Shown: positions 17,093 to 25,687 of the stretch, one piece after another
Numbering within the stretch: position 1 is the first letter of the stretch
Layout: every line of letters starts with the position of its first letter
Source: an uncultured Nitrosopumilales archaeon
GTDB taxonomy: Archaea; Thermoproteota; Nitrososphaeria; Nitrososphaerales; JAAOZN01
Assembly: GCA_964421575.1 (NCBI GenBank)
Contig: CAYQXI010000025.1
Location: forward strand, 1 to 42,997
Length of the DNA stretch: 42,997 nucleotides
Direction: 5' to 3'
The notes under the pieces: generated by a model
What the model saw: only the letters and a program-made list of their open reading frames with translations
Databases searched by the model: none
Told to the model about the DNA's origin: nothing
Program-made: the position numbers and the translations under genes

Positions 17093-18163
17093 GTGAAGAT
17101 CTGGATAGACATACTCACACCTAAGCAAGCCCTATTCTTCGCACCTATCGCACACGATCTAACAAGAAGGGGACACGAGGTTATCTTAACGAGCAGACGC
17201 TATCCGGAGGCTGAAGCTGTTCTACGTATGCTCGATTTAGACGCTCAAACGGTCGGGCGGCACGGAGGTGAAACGTTGGCTGGTAAGCTGGAGGCGAGCG
17301 CTGAAAGGGTGCTAGAACTAGCCAGATATGTTGTAGAGAAAGCTCCTGAGGCAGCGGTCTGCTTCGCTTCACCAGAATGTGCGAGGGTGGCATTTGGGTT
17401 AAATATACCCCTCTTCTGCGTAAACGACTCACCACACTCAGAAAAGGTCGCTAAGCTCACAACGCCACTAGCAAACATACTCTTTGCTCCTTGGGTTATC
17501 CCACCATCTATCTGGATTGGCTACGGCATACCAAGAGATAGAATTGTAGTTTATCGCGCTCTAGACCCGGCGGCTTGGCTTAAACATGATATTAAGCCCA
17601 AGAGCGAGCCGAAGTTAACTCAGCTAGATCATTCAAAGAAGATCATCGCGGTGCGCTTGGAGGAATCTCAAGCCTACTACCTAAACCCAGACAACCTAAG
17701 ATGGACTACAAGCGTAATAGATAGCATACTTAACGAAGCCAGCGAAGCCACCCTACTCATCCTTAGTAGAAACCAGACGCAGAGAGAAGCGCTTAAGGAG
17801 AGGTACAGAGATAGGTTGATTATTTTAGAGGCGCCCTACTTCGGGCCCACACTACTCAAGAGCGTTGATGTCTTCATAGGTATGGGTGGCACTATGACCG
17901 TCGAATCCGCCCTCCTAGGTGTACCAACGATATCAGCCCAACGCATAGGCAGACTATACACAGAAGAATATCTAGTAAAGCAAGGACTCATACTAAAACC
18001 GGGAAGCCCAGAAGCCGTAGCCAAGACAGCAAAAGAGATGCTAAGAGACACAAAGCTAAGAACACAACTAGAGACCAAGGCAAAAAGGATGCTCAGTAGA
18101 ATGGAGGACCCGGTAGAGAAGATAGTATCAACCATAGAAGCGGAACTCAGCAAACCAAGGTAA
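17093..18163 (+). CDS. DUF354 family protein (COG1817, predicted GT-B-fold glycosyltransferase/epimerase-like)
   Basis: The N-terminus MKIWIDILTPKQALFFAPIAHDLTRRGHEVILTSRRY matches the DUF354 pattern as I recall it. It is divergent from the sugar operon. Confidence 0.7.
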   Translation: MKIWIDILTPKQALFFAPIAHDLTRRGHEVILTSRRYPEAEAVLRMLDLDAQTVGRHGGETLAGKLEASAERVLELARYVVEKAPEAAVCFASPECARVAFGLNIPLFCVNDSPHSEKVAKLTTPLANILFAPWVIPPSIWIGYGIPRDRIVVYRALDPAAWLKHDIKPKSEPKLTQLDHSKKIIAVRLEESQAYYLNPDNLRWTTSVIDSILNEASEATLLILSRNQTQREALKERYRDRLIILEAPYFGPTLLKSVDVFIGMGGTMTVESALLGVPTISAQRIGRLYTEEYLVKQGLILKPGSPEAVAKTAKEMLRDTKLRTQLETKAKRMLSRMEDPVEKIVSTIEAELSKPR

Positions 18164-18204
18164 CCGTTATAAGCAGTCAAAACAGACACTAACATAGCCC
18201 GGGA

Positions 18205-18315
18205 AGCCCGGTGGAGCCCCACGAGGCGCCGAATGTAGCGGTCAAGCAAAGGCAGAAGCCTCTTGAATACCGGCCTTTGGAGCCGGTGACGGCAGTTCGA
18301 ATCTGCCCCGGGCTA
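18205..18315 (+). tRNA. tRNA-Gln(UUG) with two ~19-nt non-canonical insertions in the D-arm
   Basis: Acceptor AGCCCGG/CCGGGCT plus discriminator A (archaeal Gln-like A1-U72). Anticodon arm CCGGC-CTTTGGA-GCCGG. T-arm GGCAG-TTCGAAT-CTGCC. The D-arm G|TGT-AGCGGTCAA-GCA|T appears only after removing 18215-18233 and 18249-18267. Confidence 0.8.
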
Positions 18316-18317
18316 CT

Positions 18318-18341
18318 TTTGTAGTTCGGTATTACTACAAA
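18318..18341 (+). terminator. hairpin immediately 3' of tRNA-Gln
   Basis: TTTGTAGT (18318-18325) / ACTACAAA (18334-18341), 8 bp with an 8-nt loop, preceded by a T-run. A second small palindrome, TTGGTTTTACCAA, follows. Confidence 0.3.
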
Positions 18342-18397
18342 CTTTGACAGTTGGTTTTACCAAACTCCCGAAGCTGACTGGCGGAACCAATCTGCTG

Positions 18398-18937
18398 TTA
18401 TAACTCGGGTAAAACGCTTATCTGAGCTACTATTGAGGTTATTAGGCCTTCTACACCGGGAAGATTTTGTATATTTAGGATTGTTTGTTGAAGTTCCATA
18501 TGGTCTTTTGCTTTAACAGCACAAATTATGTCGTATGGTCCTAGTATGCTGTCGGCTGTCAGCACATTTGGAATCTTCAGAAGATTTGTCCGAACTTCTT
18601 CTAAACTTTTAGGCTTAACGTTTAGGAATATAAAGGCGAAGGGTCTTTCACGGAGCGGAGGTCCCTTCGATACCACGAGGAGGCTTAAAGTCTTGGTTAT
18701 CAAATCTTCATCAGCGCCGATCCTCCTTATAGGATTAAAGGCCTTTTCAATAAAGTCCTCGAAATTTTGTAACTCATTGAAGGGTATGAGTATATCAAGA
18801 GGACCAAATAGTAAAAAGATGTCGCGCTCTGAGAAACATACGCCACCACGTTCGCGGATACATAAGTTTAGTAGCCTTTTCAATACCTCAGTGTGATAGC
18901 CGGGCTTACAAGTCAAACCCATATATGCCCTCAACAT
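18398..18937 (-). CDS. tandem Lrp/AsnC-type ligand-binding (RAM) domain protein without HTH
   Basis: Two repeats of the beta-alpha-beta-beta-alpha-beta RAM pattern (AYMGLTCKPGYHTEVLKRL... and FAFIFLNVKPKSLEEVRTNLLKIPNVLTADSILGPYDIICAVKA...). Confidence 0.55.
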   Translation of the reverse strand: MLRAYMGLTCKPGYHTEVLKRLLNLCIRERGGVCFSERDIFLLFGPLDILIPFNELQNFEDFIEKAFNPIRRIGADEDLITKTLSLLVVSKGPPLRERPFAFIFLNVKPKSLEEVRTNLLKIPNVLTADSILGPYDIICAVKAKDHMELQQTILNIQNLPGVEGLITSIVAQISVLPEL

Positions 18938-19003
18938 TTGCTTCGCCTCATCTAAGGTTATGATGCTTTTTGAACGTATTTAAGTATTTACAGAACAGAA
19001 ATG

Positions 19004-19079
19004 CGGGCCCGGTGGGATTTGAACCCACGTTCTCCGGCTCCGAAGGCCGGCGCCTTGATCCAAGCTGGGCCACGGGCCC
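19004..19079 (-). tRNA. tRNA-Arg(UCG), intron-less
   Basis: The reverse complement GGGCCCG-TG-GCCCAGCTTGGATCAAGGCG-CCGGC-CTTCGGA-GCCGG-AGAAC-GTGGG-TTCAAAT-CCCAC-CGGGCCC-G is a full cloverleaf. No CCA is encoded. Confidence 0.9.
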
Positions 19080-19091
19080 CTTCTTCTTGAC

Positions 19092-20138
19092 TTAAGTCTT
19101 CATTAATGTGTGTTTTATGGTTCTTTCATAAGGTGGCTTTATAACGCCTTTTTCTGTTATTATTGCAGTTATGTATTGGGGTGGAGTTAGGTCGAAGACT
19201 GGGTTGTAGACCCTTACTCCTTTAGGTGCAATCCTCAGACCCTTGATCTTGACGATTTCGTTTGGGCTCCTCTCTTCTATAACCACATCCTCAGCTCTAC
19301 TCTTTAGGTCAAAGCTGGAGGTTGGTGCTGCGGCATAGAAGGGTATGTTGTGCTCTGAGGCTAAGACGGCTATCTGATAGGTGCCTATCTTATTGAACAC
19401 ATGCCCATCTTGGGTGATTCGATCCGCGCCCACTACCACCTTATCTACAAGCTTCCTCTTCATAACGAATCCCACGGCTGTGTCAGCAATTAGCAACACA
19501 TCTATACCATCGCTATGCAACTCATACGCTGTTAATCGTGCACCTTGAAGTGCCGGTCTGGTTTCAGGCACTATAACCTTTACACACTTACCTTTCTCAC
19601 AAGCAGCCCTTATGATGCCCAACGCGGTGCCGTAACCTACAGTAGCTAACGCACCAGCATTACACTGAGTTAAAACGGTATCACCATCTCTTAGAAGCGT
19701 TGAACCGTATTCACCAATCTTTCTACACGCTTCGACGTCCTCCTCAGCTATCTTCTCAGCCTCCTTGATGACAGCTTCGACAGCCTCCTCGACGTTCTCT
19801 GCTTGTTTAGCGGCGGCGAGCACCCTATCTACTGCCCAAGCTGGGTTCGCTGCTGTAGGTCTTGCTGCCTTAGCCATTCTTCCAGCCTCCTCCAGTTCTT
19901 TGAGCAAATCTTGTATGTTAGTGGCTTTGGTGTAGTAGGCTGCTAAGGCTACTGCGTATGCTGCTGCAGCGCCTATGGCTGGTGCGCCTCTGATCTGCAT
20001 GCTTTTGATCGCTTCTACAACCTCTTTGGGTTTTGTGCAGGTAATGTAGGTGAGCCTATTGGGGAGCTTGGTCTGATCTATTAGTATGACTTTACCGTCC
20101 TCCCATCTTACAGTTCTGGTAGTATAGAAGTTAGGCAA
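19092..20138 (-). CDS. mtnA: S-methyl-5-thioribose-1-phosphate isomerase (eIF-2B alpha/beta/delta family)
   Basis: VRWEDGKVILIDQTKLP, IRGAPAIGAAAAYA, RPTAANPAWA, QCNAGALATVGYGTALG, ETRPALQGARLTAYEL and GADRI. Confidence 0.9.
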   Translation of the reverse strand: MPNFYTTRTVRWEDGKVILIDQTKLPNRLTYITCTKPKEVVEAIKSMQIRGAPAIGAAAAYAVALAAYYTKATNIQDLLKELEEAGRMAKAARPTAANPAWAVDRVLAAAKQAENVEEAVEAVIKEAEKIAEEDVEACRKIGEYGSTLLRDGDTVLTQCNAGALATVGYGTALGIIRAACEKGKCVKVIVPETRPALQGARLTAYELHSDGIDVLLIADTAVGFVMKRKLVDKVVVGADRITQDGHVFNKIGTYQIAVLASEHNIPFYAAAPTSSFDLKSRAEDVVIEERSPNEIVKIKGLRIAPKGVRVYNPVFDLTPPQYITAIITEKGVIKPPYERTIKHTLMKT

Positions 20139-20255
20139 CTTACCTCACTACCCTTTAGAAGAGATTAACTATAAAGATATATCCATTTAGCAGCCTATTA
20201 CCAAGCTCATCGGGTGGAAAACTACTTAAGTGTAGGGTTAGGAGATGGTTTTGTG

Positions 20256-20795
20256 ATGACTGAAGAGTTTGAGAAAGAGGTCTCCGCTAAACTAACCAAG
20301 AAAGGTGTTGTGGTTGAGGACCCTGATGCGATAGCGGAGCTCTCTGCTAAAGGATTTGGGGTTAAGGAGGATGGTTCACTCCTCTTAAAAGATTTTGAGG
20401 CTTTATACCTGATGTATATAAAGAGGTTGGTCGTTTCAAGCGGAGATAGATTTCTTATGTTTAACGAGATGGTTGATTACGCCTTAAAGAGAGATCCTGA
20501 CGCTTGGACACGTTTCATAGTATATCGTGACCTTAGAAGTAGAGGTTATGTTGTAAAGGATGGCTTCGGCTTCGGTGTGGACTTTAGGGTTTATGAGAGG
20601 GGTGAACATTTGTCTAAACCCGCTAAGTACCTCGTGTTCAGTCTTAACGAGGGTAGTAAGAAGGGGATTAGGGGCTTCTCTAAGGCTGTGGATAAGATCT
20701 TGGAGATGGGCAAGGAGCCCGTAGTAGCGGTGATAGAGCGGAGAGGCGAAGTAATCTACTACAAGGTCTCAAAGATGAGGTTCAAGAAGCCTTGA
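20256..20795 (+). CDS. endA: tRNA-splicing endonuclease, short catalytic-type subunit
   Basis: FIVYRDLRSRGYVVKDGFGFGVDFRVYERGEH..KYLVF matches the EndA catalytic core (Tyr/His, later Lys). The listed ORF begins at 20214; GTG/ATG at 20253/20256 follows GGAG. Confidence 0.85.
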   Translation: MTEEFEKEVSAKLTKKGVVVEDPDAIAELSAKGFGVKEDGSLLLKDFEALYLMYIKRLVVSSGDRFLMFNEMVDYALKRDPDAWTRFIVYRDLRSRGYVVKDGFGFGVDFRVYERGEHLSKPAKYLVFSLNEGSKKGIRGFSKAVDKILEMGKEPVVAVIERRGEVIYYKVSKMRFKKP

Positions 20796-21640
20796 CCCTA
20801 AGCGGTCTCCTAACACTCATACGCCCCCTCAACTCCACTATGGTGGGCTTCGCGGTCATAGTCGGGATGGTCGTCTCAGGCTTCACTAAAATGAGCTACC
20901 TAAACGCTACACTGGGTTTCCTAACAGGTTTCTTTATCTCTAGCTACTCGATGATCATAAACGATAGATACGATATAGAAGTGGATAGGGTCAACAACCC
21001 TACGAGACCGCTTGTTAAAGGGAGTGTATCTATCAAAGAGGCTGAGGTAGCCGCTGCGACGCTTTTGGCATTGGGGCTCGCTACATCTATTCTTCTAGGC
21101 TGGTTAACCCTCCTCATCGCAGCTTTATTCGCTTTGATCGCTTGGCTCTATAATTTTAGGGTTAAGAGGTATGGTCTGTTTGGAAACACGCTTGTTTCGG
21201 CTTCGGTAGCGATACCATATATCTATGGTGCAGTCGCTATTGGGGCTGCGGATGAGCCCTTGATCTACTTCCTCGCTCTAACATCATTTTTGGCTGGATT
21301 GGGGCGTGAAGTCGTTAAGACCATCTGTGATGTCAAGGGAGATGAGATCAGAGATATTAGATCTGTAGCAAGGGTGTGGGGGGCTAAAGCTGCTGCTAAA
21401 GTTAGCTCTATCTTCTTTATCTCAGCAATTCTAACCAGCCTACTGCCACTCGTGCTTGGGATAGTTGGGTTAGTATATGGTGCATTAGTTTCAGCGCCGA
21501 TCTGCATATTTGTTGGGTTGACGATAAAGATCTTAATGGACTCTTCTACTGAAAGCGCCTACTTGGTTAAGCGTGTAGCGCTTATTGGAATGCTGCTTGG
21601 TCTAATCGCTTTTATGGTAGGAGGCTACTTTAGGTGGTGA
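20792..21640 (+). CDS. UbiA-family prenyltransferase, probably digeranylgeranylglyceryl phosphate synthase
   Basis: NDRYDIEVDRVNNPTRPLVKGSVS plus a second Asp-rich region in a ~9-TM protein. It overlaps the endA stop by 4 nt. Confidence 0.8.
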   Translation: MTLSGLLTLIRPLNSTMVGFAVIVGMVVSGFTKMSYLNATLGFLTGFFISSYSMIINDRYDIEVDRVNNPTRPLVKGSVSIKEAEVAAATLLALGLATSILLGWLTLLIAALFALIAWLYNFRVKRYGLFGNTLVSASVAIPYIYGAVAIGAADEPLIYFLALTSFLAGLGREVVKTICDVKGDEIRDIRSVARVWGAKAAAKVSSIFFISAILTSLLPLVLGIVGLVYGALVSAPICIFVGLTIKILMDSSTESAYLVKRVALIGMLLGLIAFMVGGYFRW

Positions 21641-21646
21641 GCGGAT

Positions 21647-22849
21647 GTGTACGCTGAGCGGCTTAGACCGAAGAATCCATCTATGATGGTAGGTAACGAG
21701 GAGAGTAGAATAGGCTTCTTAAACTGGCTCAAGAACTGGAAGAAGGGCTCCAAACCCGCCTTACTTGTTGGTCCGCCGGGTACGGGTAAGACTACGCTTG
21801 TTTACGCTGCTGCCGAAACCCTTGGTTTCGTTGTGCTGGAGTTTAATGCGAGCGATGTGAGGACGAAGGAGCGGCTTTCATCAGCCCTACTTCCATCCAC
21901 ACACAGCGTAAGTGTGTTGGGTGAGCGCCTACTCGTCTTCTTAGATGAGGTCGACGGGCTTTATGCTAGGCAAGATTACGGCGGGCTTGAGTTTATTCAA
22001 ACCTTTATCGAGGAGAGCAATCTGCCTGTCGTCTTGGCTGCTAATGTTGAGGAGGATGAGAGGATTAGAAAGCTCTTACCTAAATGTGAGGTCTTCGCCT
22101 TTAAAAGAGTCCCGCCTCGCCTCATCTACCTCTACTTACAGAATCTGGTGAAGAAGGAGGGGCTTAAAATCTCGCCAGAGACCCTGCAGAGGTTGGTTGA
22201 AAAGGCTGGGGGAGATATGAGGGCTGCGCTGAACAGTCTACAAGCAGTTCTGGCTTCGCCTAGCACCGAGGTATTGGAGGTTACACGAGATAAGATGATG
22301 AGCCTCCGAGACGCTTTAAACACGCTCTTTAACTCAAATGATAGGGAGGAGGCGAGGCGTGCTCTGGAGGCGTGTGACGCGGATATCATAGAAAAGATTC
22401 GCGCGATCTTCTCCAGCTTAGTTAACAGCAAGCTCAATTCTGAGACCCTTCTTAAGGCTCTAGAGGCTCTATCGGCGGTTGATGAGTTGGCTGCTAGGAT
22501 CAAGAGGACTCAAGAGTGGAGGCAGCTAAGATACTTCCACTCTATGCTTGCCTACTCGATCTTCGACTCAACACCCAGAGGAGTTGTCCGCTTCAGCCAA
22601 GATATGTATCCGTGGAGTGTGCAGTTGAGGATCTGGAATGATGCGCGTGTGCTGCGCTCGATAGGGCGTAAGCTCGGCAATCTGCTGCACGCCTCCTCTA
22701 CTGAAGCGTTAGTTATACACCTACCTTACTTGGCGCGGTTACTGAGCCTACTGGATAAGAGTGAGGTGCAACGCATACTCAGGGGCTTCACGTACGATGA
22801 ATCTGAGCTGAGGGTTTTAAATAAGGAGATATCTAGATTCAGCAAATAG
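21647..22849 (+). CDS. rfcL: replication factor C large subunit
   Basis: ALLVGPPGTGKTTLVYAAAETLGFVVLEFNASDVRT (Walker A), LVFLDEVDG (Walker B) and GGDMRAALNSLQ (SRC-like). Confidence 0.85.
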   Translation: MYAERLRPKNPSMMVGNEESRIGFLNWLKNWKKGSKPALLVGPPGTGKTTLVYAAAETLGFVVLEFNASDVRTKERLSSALLPSTHSVSVLGERLLVFLDEVDGLYARQDYGGLEFIQTFIEESNLPVVLAANVEEDERIRKLLPKCEVFAFKRVPPRLIYLYLQNLVKKEGLKISPETLQRLVEKAGGDMRAALNSLQAVLASPSTEVLEVTRDKMMSLRDALNTLFNSNDREEARRALEACDADIIEKIRAIFSSLVNSKLNSETLLKALEALSAVDELAARIKRTQEWRQLRYFHSMLAYSIFDSTPRGVVRFSQDMYPWSVQLRIWNDARVLRSIGRKLGNLLHASSTEALVIHLPYLARLLSLLDKSEVQRILRGFTYDESELRVLNKEISRFSK

Positions 22850-22864
22850 AGAGAAGGGTTAAAA

Positions 22865-23218
22865 TTGGAGATACTGCTAGGTGAACCATTTCATTTGCCG
22901 AGGGTGGGAGAAGACGTCTTTAGAAAGCTTATGAGAGATGTTAGATTGGAGTATGATAAGCAGAAGCGTGTCTTCAGAACAACCCCACAAACAGACCTAT
23001 ATCAGCTAGCTACGCTCCTCTCTCAAACTCTTAGGGAGCCTATAGTCTACGCAGTAAAGTGCTTTATCTGCGGCTCTAACGCTGGCTGCAGCAACTGCGA
23101 ATATTCGAGTACCTGTGATAGGTTACTCGTTTCGCAGAACTGTATATGCAAGAGCTGCTTGGGTAAGGAGGATGCGTACGCATTATATTGTATGCGGGTT
23201 GCAGAAGCATCCTTTTAA
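22865..23218 (+). CDS. hypothetical protein with Cys-rich C-terminal half
   Basis: 117 codons. The C-terminal half contains CFIC, CSNC and CICKSC. It sits 15 nt after rfcL. No family recognised. Confidence 0.45.
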   Translation: MEILLGEPFHLPRVGEDVFRKLMRDVRLEYDKQKRVFRTTPQTDLYQLATLLSQTLREPIVYAVKCFICGSNAGCSNCEYSSTCDRLLVSQNCICKSCLGKEDAYALYCMRVAEASF

Positions 23219-23232
23219 CAAGGTGTAAGGCT

Positions 23233-23652
23233 TCAGCTTCCACGTTTTATCTGTTGTAGCAGCTCTAAAACTCTTCTCTCCACTTCGTCTCTAATCTCCC
23301 TAACCTTCTCTATCGGCTTCCCTTTAGGGTCCTCAAGATTCCAATCAACGATGTTTTTAATTAGAGGAGCTGGGCATAACCCCTCAACACTGCACCCCAT
23401 AGTTACCACTATATCTGCTGCCTCCACCATCTTTAAGTCTAGCATCTGAGGCTTCTTACTTGATAGGTCGAACCCCCTCTCCTTCATCACCTCAATAACC
23501 TCAGGGTGTACTGAAGATGATGGCATAGTCCCAGCACTATAAGCCTCAACATCTTCTCCACCATACCTCTTAGCAAAAGCTTCAGCCATCTGACTCCGCC
23601 CAGCATTCTCCACACAAACAAACAATATCTTCTTCCTCAACCAGACCACCAA
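23233..23652 (-). CDS. arsC: low-molecular-weight phosphotyrosine phosphatase-fold arsenate reductase
   Basis: CX5R(S) P-loop in ILFVCVENAGRSQMAEA; ~139 aa. Confidence 0.8.
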   Translation of the reverse strand: MVVWLRKKILFVCVENAGRSQMAEAFAKRYGGEDVEAYSAGTMPSSSVHPEVIEVMKERGFDLSSKKPQMLDLKMVEAADIVVTMGCSVEGLCPAPLIKNIVDWNLEDPKGKPIEKVREIRDEVERRVLELLQQIKRGS

Positions 23653-23670
23653 AAATTGTAGGTGGGGCCT

Positions 23671-24837
23671 CTACTTTAGTAGAGGCTCTCCTTTGAAGGT
23701 TATCATCTTTATTGTCGCCTCGTTTACAGCGACCACTTCGGGTGGTAGTGGTACGTATTCTAAGGCTGGTGCATATTTCTGCCCGTCGTGTATAGCCCAC
23801 CATAGGAACTCTACGAGCGCTTGAGCCTTCTCCTTGGTCATCGTAGGTAGGGCTGAGAGATCTTTATAGACTAGAAGGTAGCTGAAGCTTGCGATAGGGT
23901 AGGACTCTGCTCCAGGAGCGTTCAGTAGGTTTACGTGGAACCAGCTCTCATCTCCTCTAGGTAGGGATGGTGCAACTGCTGCAGCCGCGGCTGCTGTCGT
24001 TTGGAGCGTGGGTTCTATGAACCTCCCCTCCCTATTCTGCAGGTAGGCGTAGCTCATCTTGTTCTGAAGAGCGTATGCCAACTCAACATACCCGATTGTG
24101 TATTCTGTGCCACGCACTACGGCGGCTACACCCTCGTTTCCAGCAGCACCTAACCCTGTGGGCCACTGAACCGCTGTGCCCTGCCCAACTTTGGTCTTCC
24201 ACTCTTCGCTTACCACACTTAAGTATCCTGTGAAGACGAAGGTCGTCCCAGAGCCGTCTGATCTATGCACAACAAGTATGTCTTTGTTAGGTAGGTTGAA
24301 GTCGGGGTTGAGGCTCTGTATAGCGGGGTCGTTCCACTTAGTAATCTTTCCAAGGAATATATCTGCTAGTACTTCGCCTGTTAACTTCAACCCTTTAGGG
24401 ATGCCCGGTATGTTGTAGGTTACAACGACTGATCCTATGGTTATGGGTATGTGGAGGGTGTTTGGTGCAGCCTCTCTTTGCCTCTCGTTAAGAGGTGCGT
24501 CTGAGGCGCCGAAGTCCACGGTCTTCTCGGTGTGCTGCCTTATCCCTCCTCCGCTCCCAATAGATTGGTAACTTATCTGCACTTCTGGTCTGATCTTGTT
24601 GTATTCGACCACCATAGTTGATATCAGCGGGTAGGGGAAGGTAGCCCCAGCACCACTTAACGAAATCTTCTTTGTCAGCGTGGTTGTAGATGTTGTTGTA
24701 TTTGGGTGAGTAGATATAACTGTCGTTGTGGTCGGCTGAGTGCTCTGCGTGAGCGTAACATAGCCCACCGCAACCACTAAAATAGCGACTACCACACCAG
24801 CGACAAGCATCTTAGGTGTAACCATAGCCATCATCAT
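23671..24837 (-). CDS. pstS: phosphate ABC-transporter substrate-binding protein with signal/anchor and Thr-rich linker; no adjacent pstCAB
   Basis: GAGATFPYPL...YQSIGSGGGIRQ...VDFGASDAPL PstS pattern. The N-terminal TM segment is followed by TQSTQPTTTTVISTHPNTTTSTTTLT. Confidence 0.88.
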   Translation of the reverse strand: MMMAMVTPKMLVAGVVVAILVVAVGYVTLTQSTQPTTTTVISTHPNTTTSTTTLTKKISLSGAGATFPYPLISTMVVEYNKIRPEVQISYQSIGSGGGIRQHTEKTVDFGASDAPLNERQREAAPNTLHIPITIGSVVVTYNIPGIPKGLKLTGEVLADIFLGKITKWNDPAIQSLNPDFNLPNKDILVVHRSDGSGTTFVFTGYLSVVSEEWKTKVGQGTAVQWPTGLGAAGNEGVAAVVRGTEYTIGYVELAYALQNKMSYAYLQNREGRFIEPTLQTTAAAAAAVAPSLPRGDESWFHVNLLNAPGAESYPIASFSYLLVYKDLSALPTMTKEKAQALVEFLWWAIHDGQKYAPALEYVPLPPEVVAVNEATIKMITFKGEPLLK

Positions 24838-24949
24838 AGGGTTCTACTAGCTTGTATATATGGCAGACGCAAGTTAAATATATGATGGCGGTATCAACAA
24901 CATTTACCATATCGAACCATATGTTTAGTTGAATTTTAGGGGGTTCTTT

Positions 24950-25681
24950 TTAGTAGACCATCTCCCCCCTAAGATAGAGTGCTGTCCTCTCACTCTTTGG
25001 ATTTTCAAAGACCTCTTTAGTTTCCCCGACTTCAACCAACTCCCCCATCCAAAGAAAAGCGACTCTATGGGATAGCCGCTTAGCTTGGAGCAGATTATGT
25101 GTAGCGAGAACGACCGTGACTCCCCTCTCTGAGTTCACTCTCTTAATGGTTTCCTCGATTTGCAGCACATTTCCCGGATCTAGGTTAGCGGTGGGTTCAT
25201 CTAAAAGGAGGAGCTTTGGCTCTAACACTAGCGCCCTTGCTAAGGAGACACGCTGAGCCTCACCAGCTGAGAGCGAGGAAGCCTTCCTTTTTGCGAAGCC
25301 TTTAAGACCAACATATCTTAGTGCATCCTCAACCCTCTTCTCTATCTCCTCCTTATGGAAGCCCCTTATCATCAACCCCAAGGCGACGTTGTTGAACACA
25401 GTAGTGTCAAACAGGGCTGGGTGTTGGAAGACCATGCCCATCTTCCTCCTCAAGACCCTTCTCTGCTTCTCGTCAACATTTGTATCAACACCATCAAAGA
25501 AGATCTTACCCCCATCTGGGTTGAGGAGCAGATTCATCAATTTGAGGAGAGTGGTCTTACCTGCGCCGCTCGGCCCTATAACCGAAAGTATCTCACCTCT
25601 CCTAACATCTAAGCAGATATTTCTCAACACCTCTCTACTACCAAAGGATTTATAGACGTTCACCACCTCTAAAAGACTCAA
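24950..25681 (-). CDS. tupC: ABC transporter ATP-binding protein (tungstate/oxyanion type)
   Basis: Walker A GPSGAGKTT, signature LSAGEAQRV and Walker B LLLLDEPT. Confidence 0.8.
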   Translation of the reverse strand: MSLLEVVNVYKSFGSREVLRNICLDVRRGEILSVIGPSGAGKTTLLKLMNLLLNPDGGKIFFDGVDTNVDEKQRRVLRRKMGMVFQHPALFDTTVFNNVALGLMIRGFHKEEIEKRVEDALRYVGLKGFAKRKASSLSAGEAQRVSLARALVLEPKLLLLDEPTANLDPGNVLQIEETIKRVNSERGVTVVLATHNLLQAKRLSHRVAFLWMGELVEVGETKEVFENPKSERTALYLRGEMVY

Positions 25682-25687
25682 CCTACT

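Noticed and set aside
24669-24750. Repetitive ACx-rich DNA that looked like a tandem repeat
   Set aside because: It encodes the Thr-rich linker of PstS (a likely glycosylated stalk). This is in-frame low complexity rather than a repeat element.
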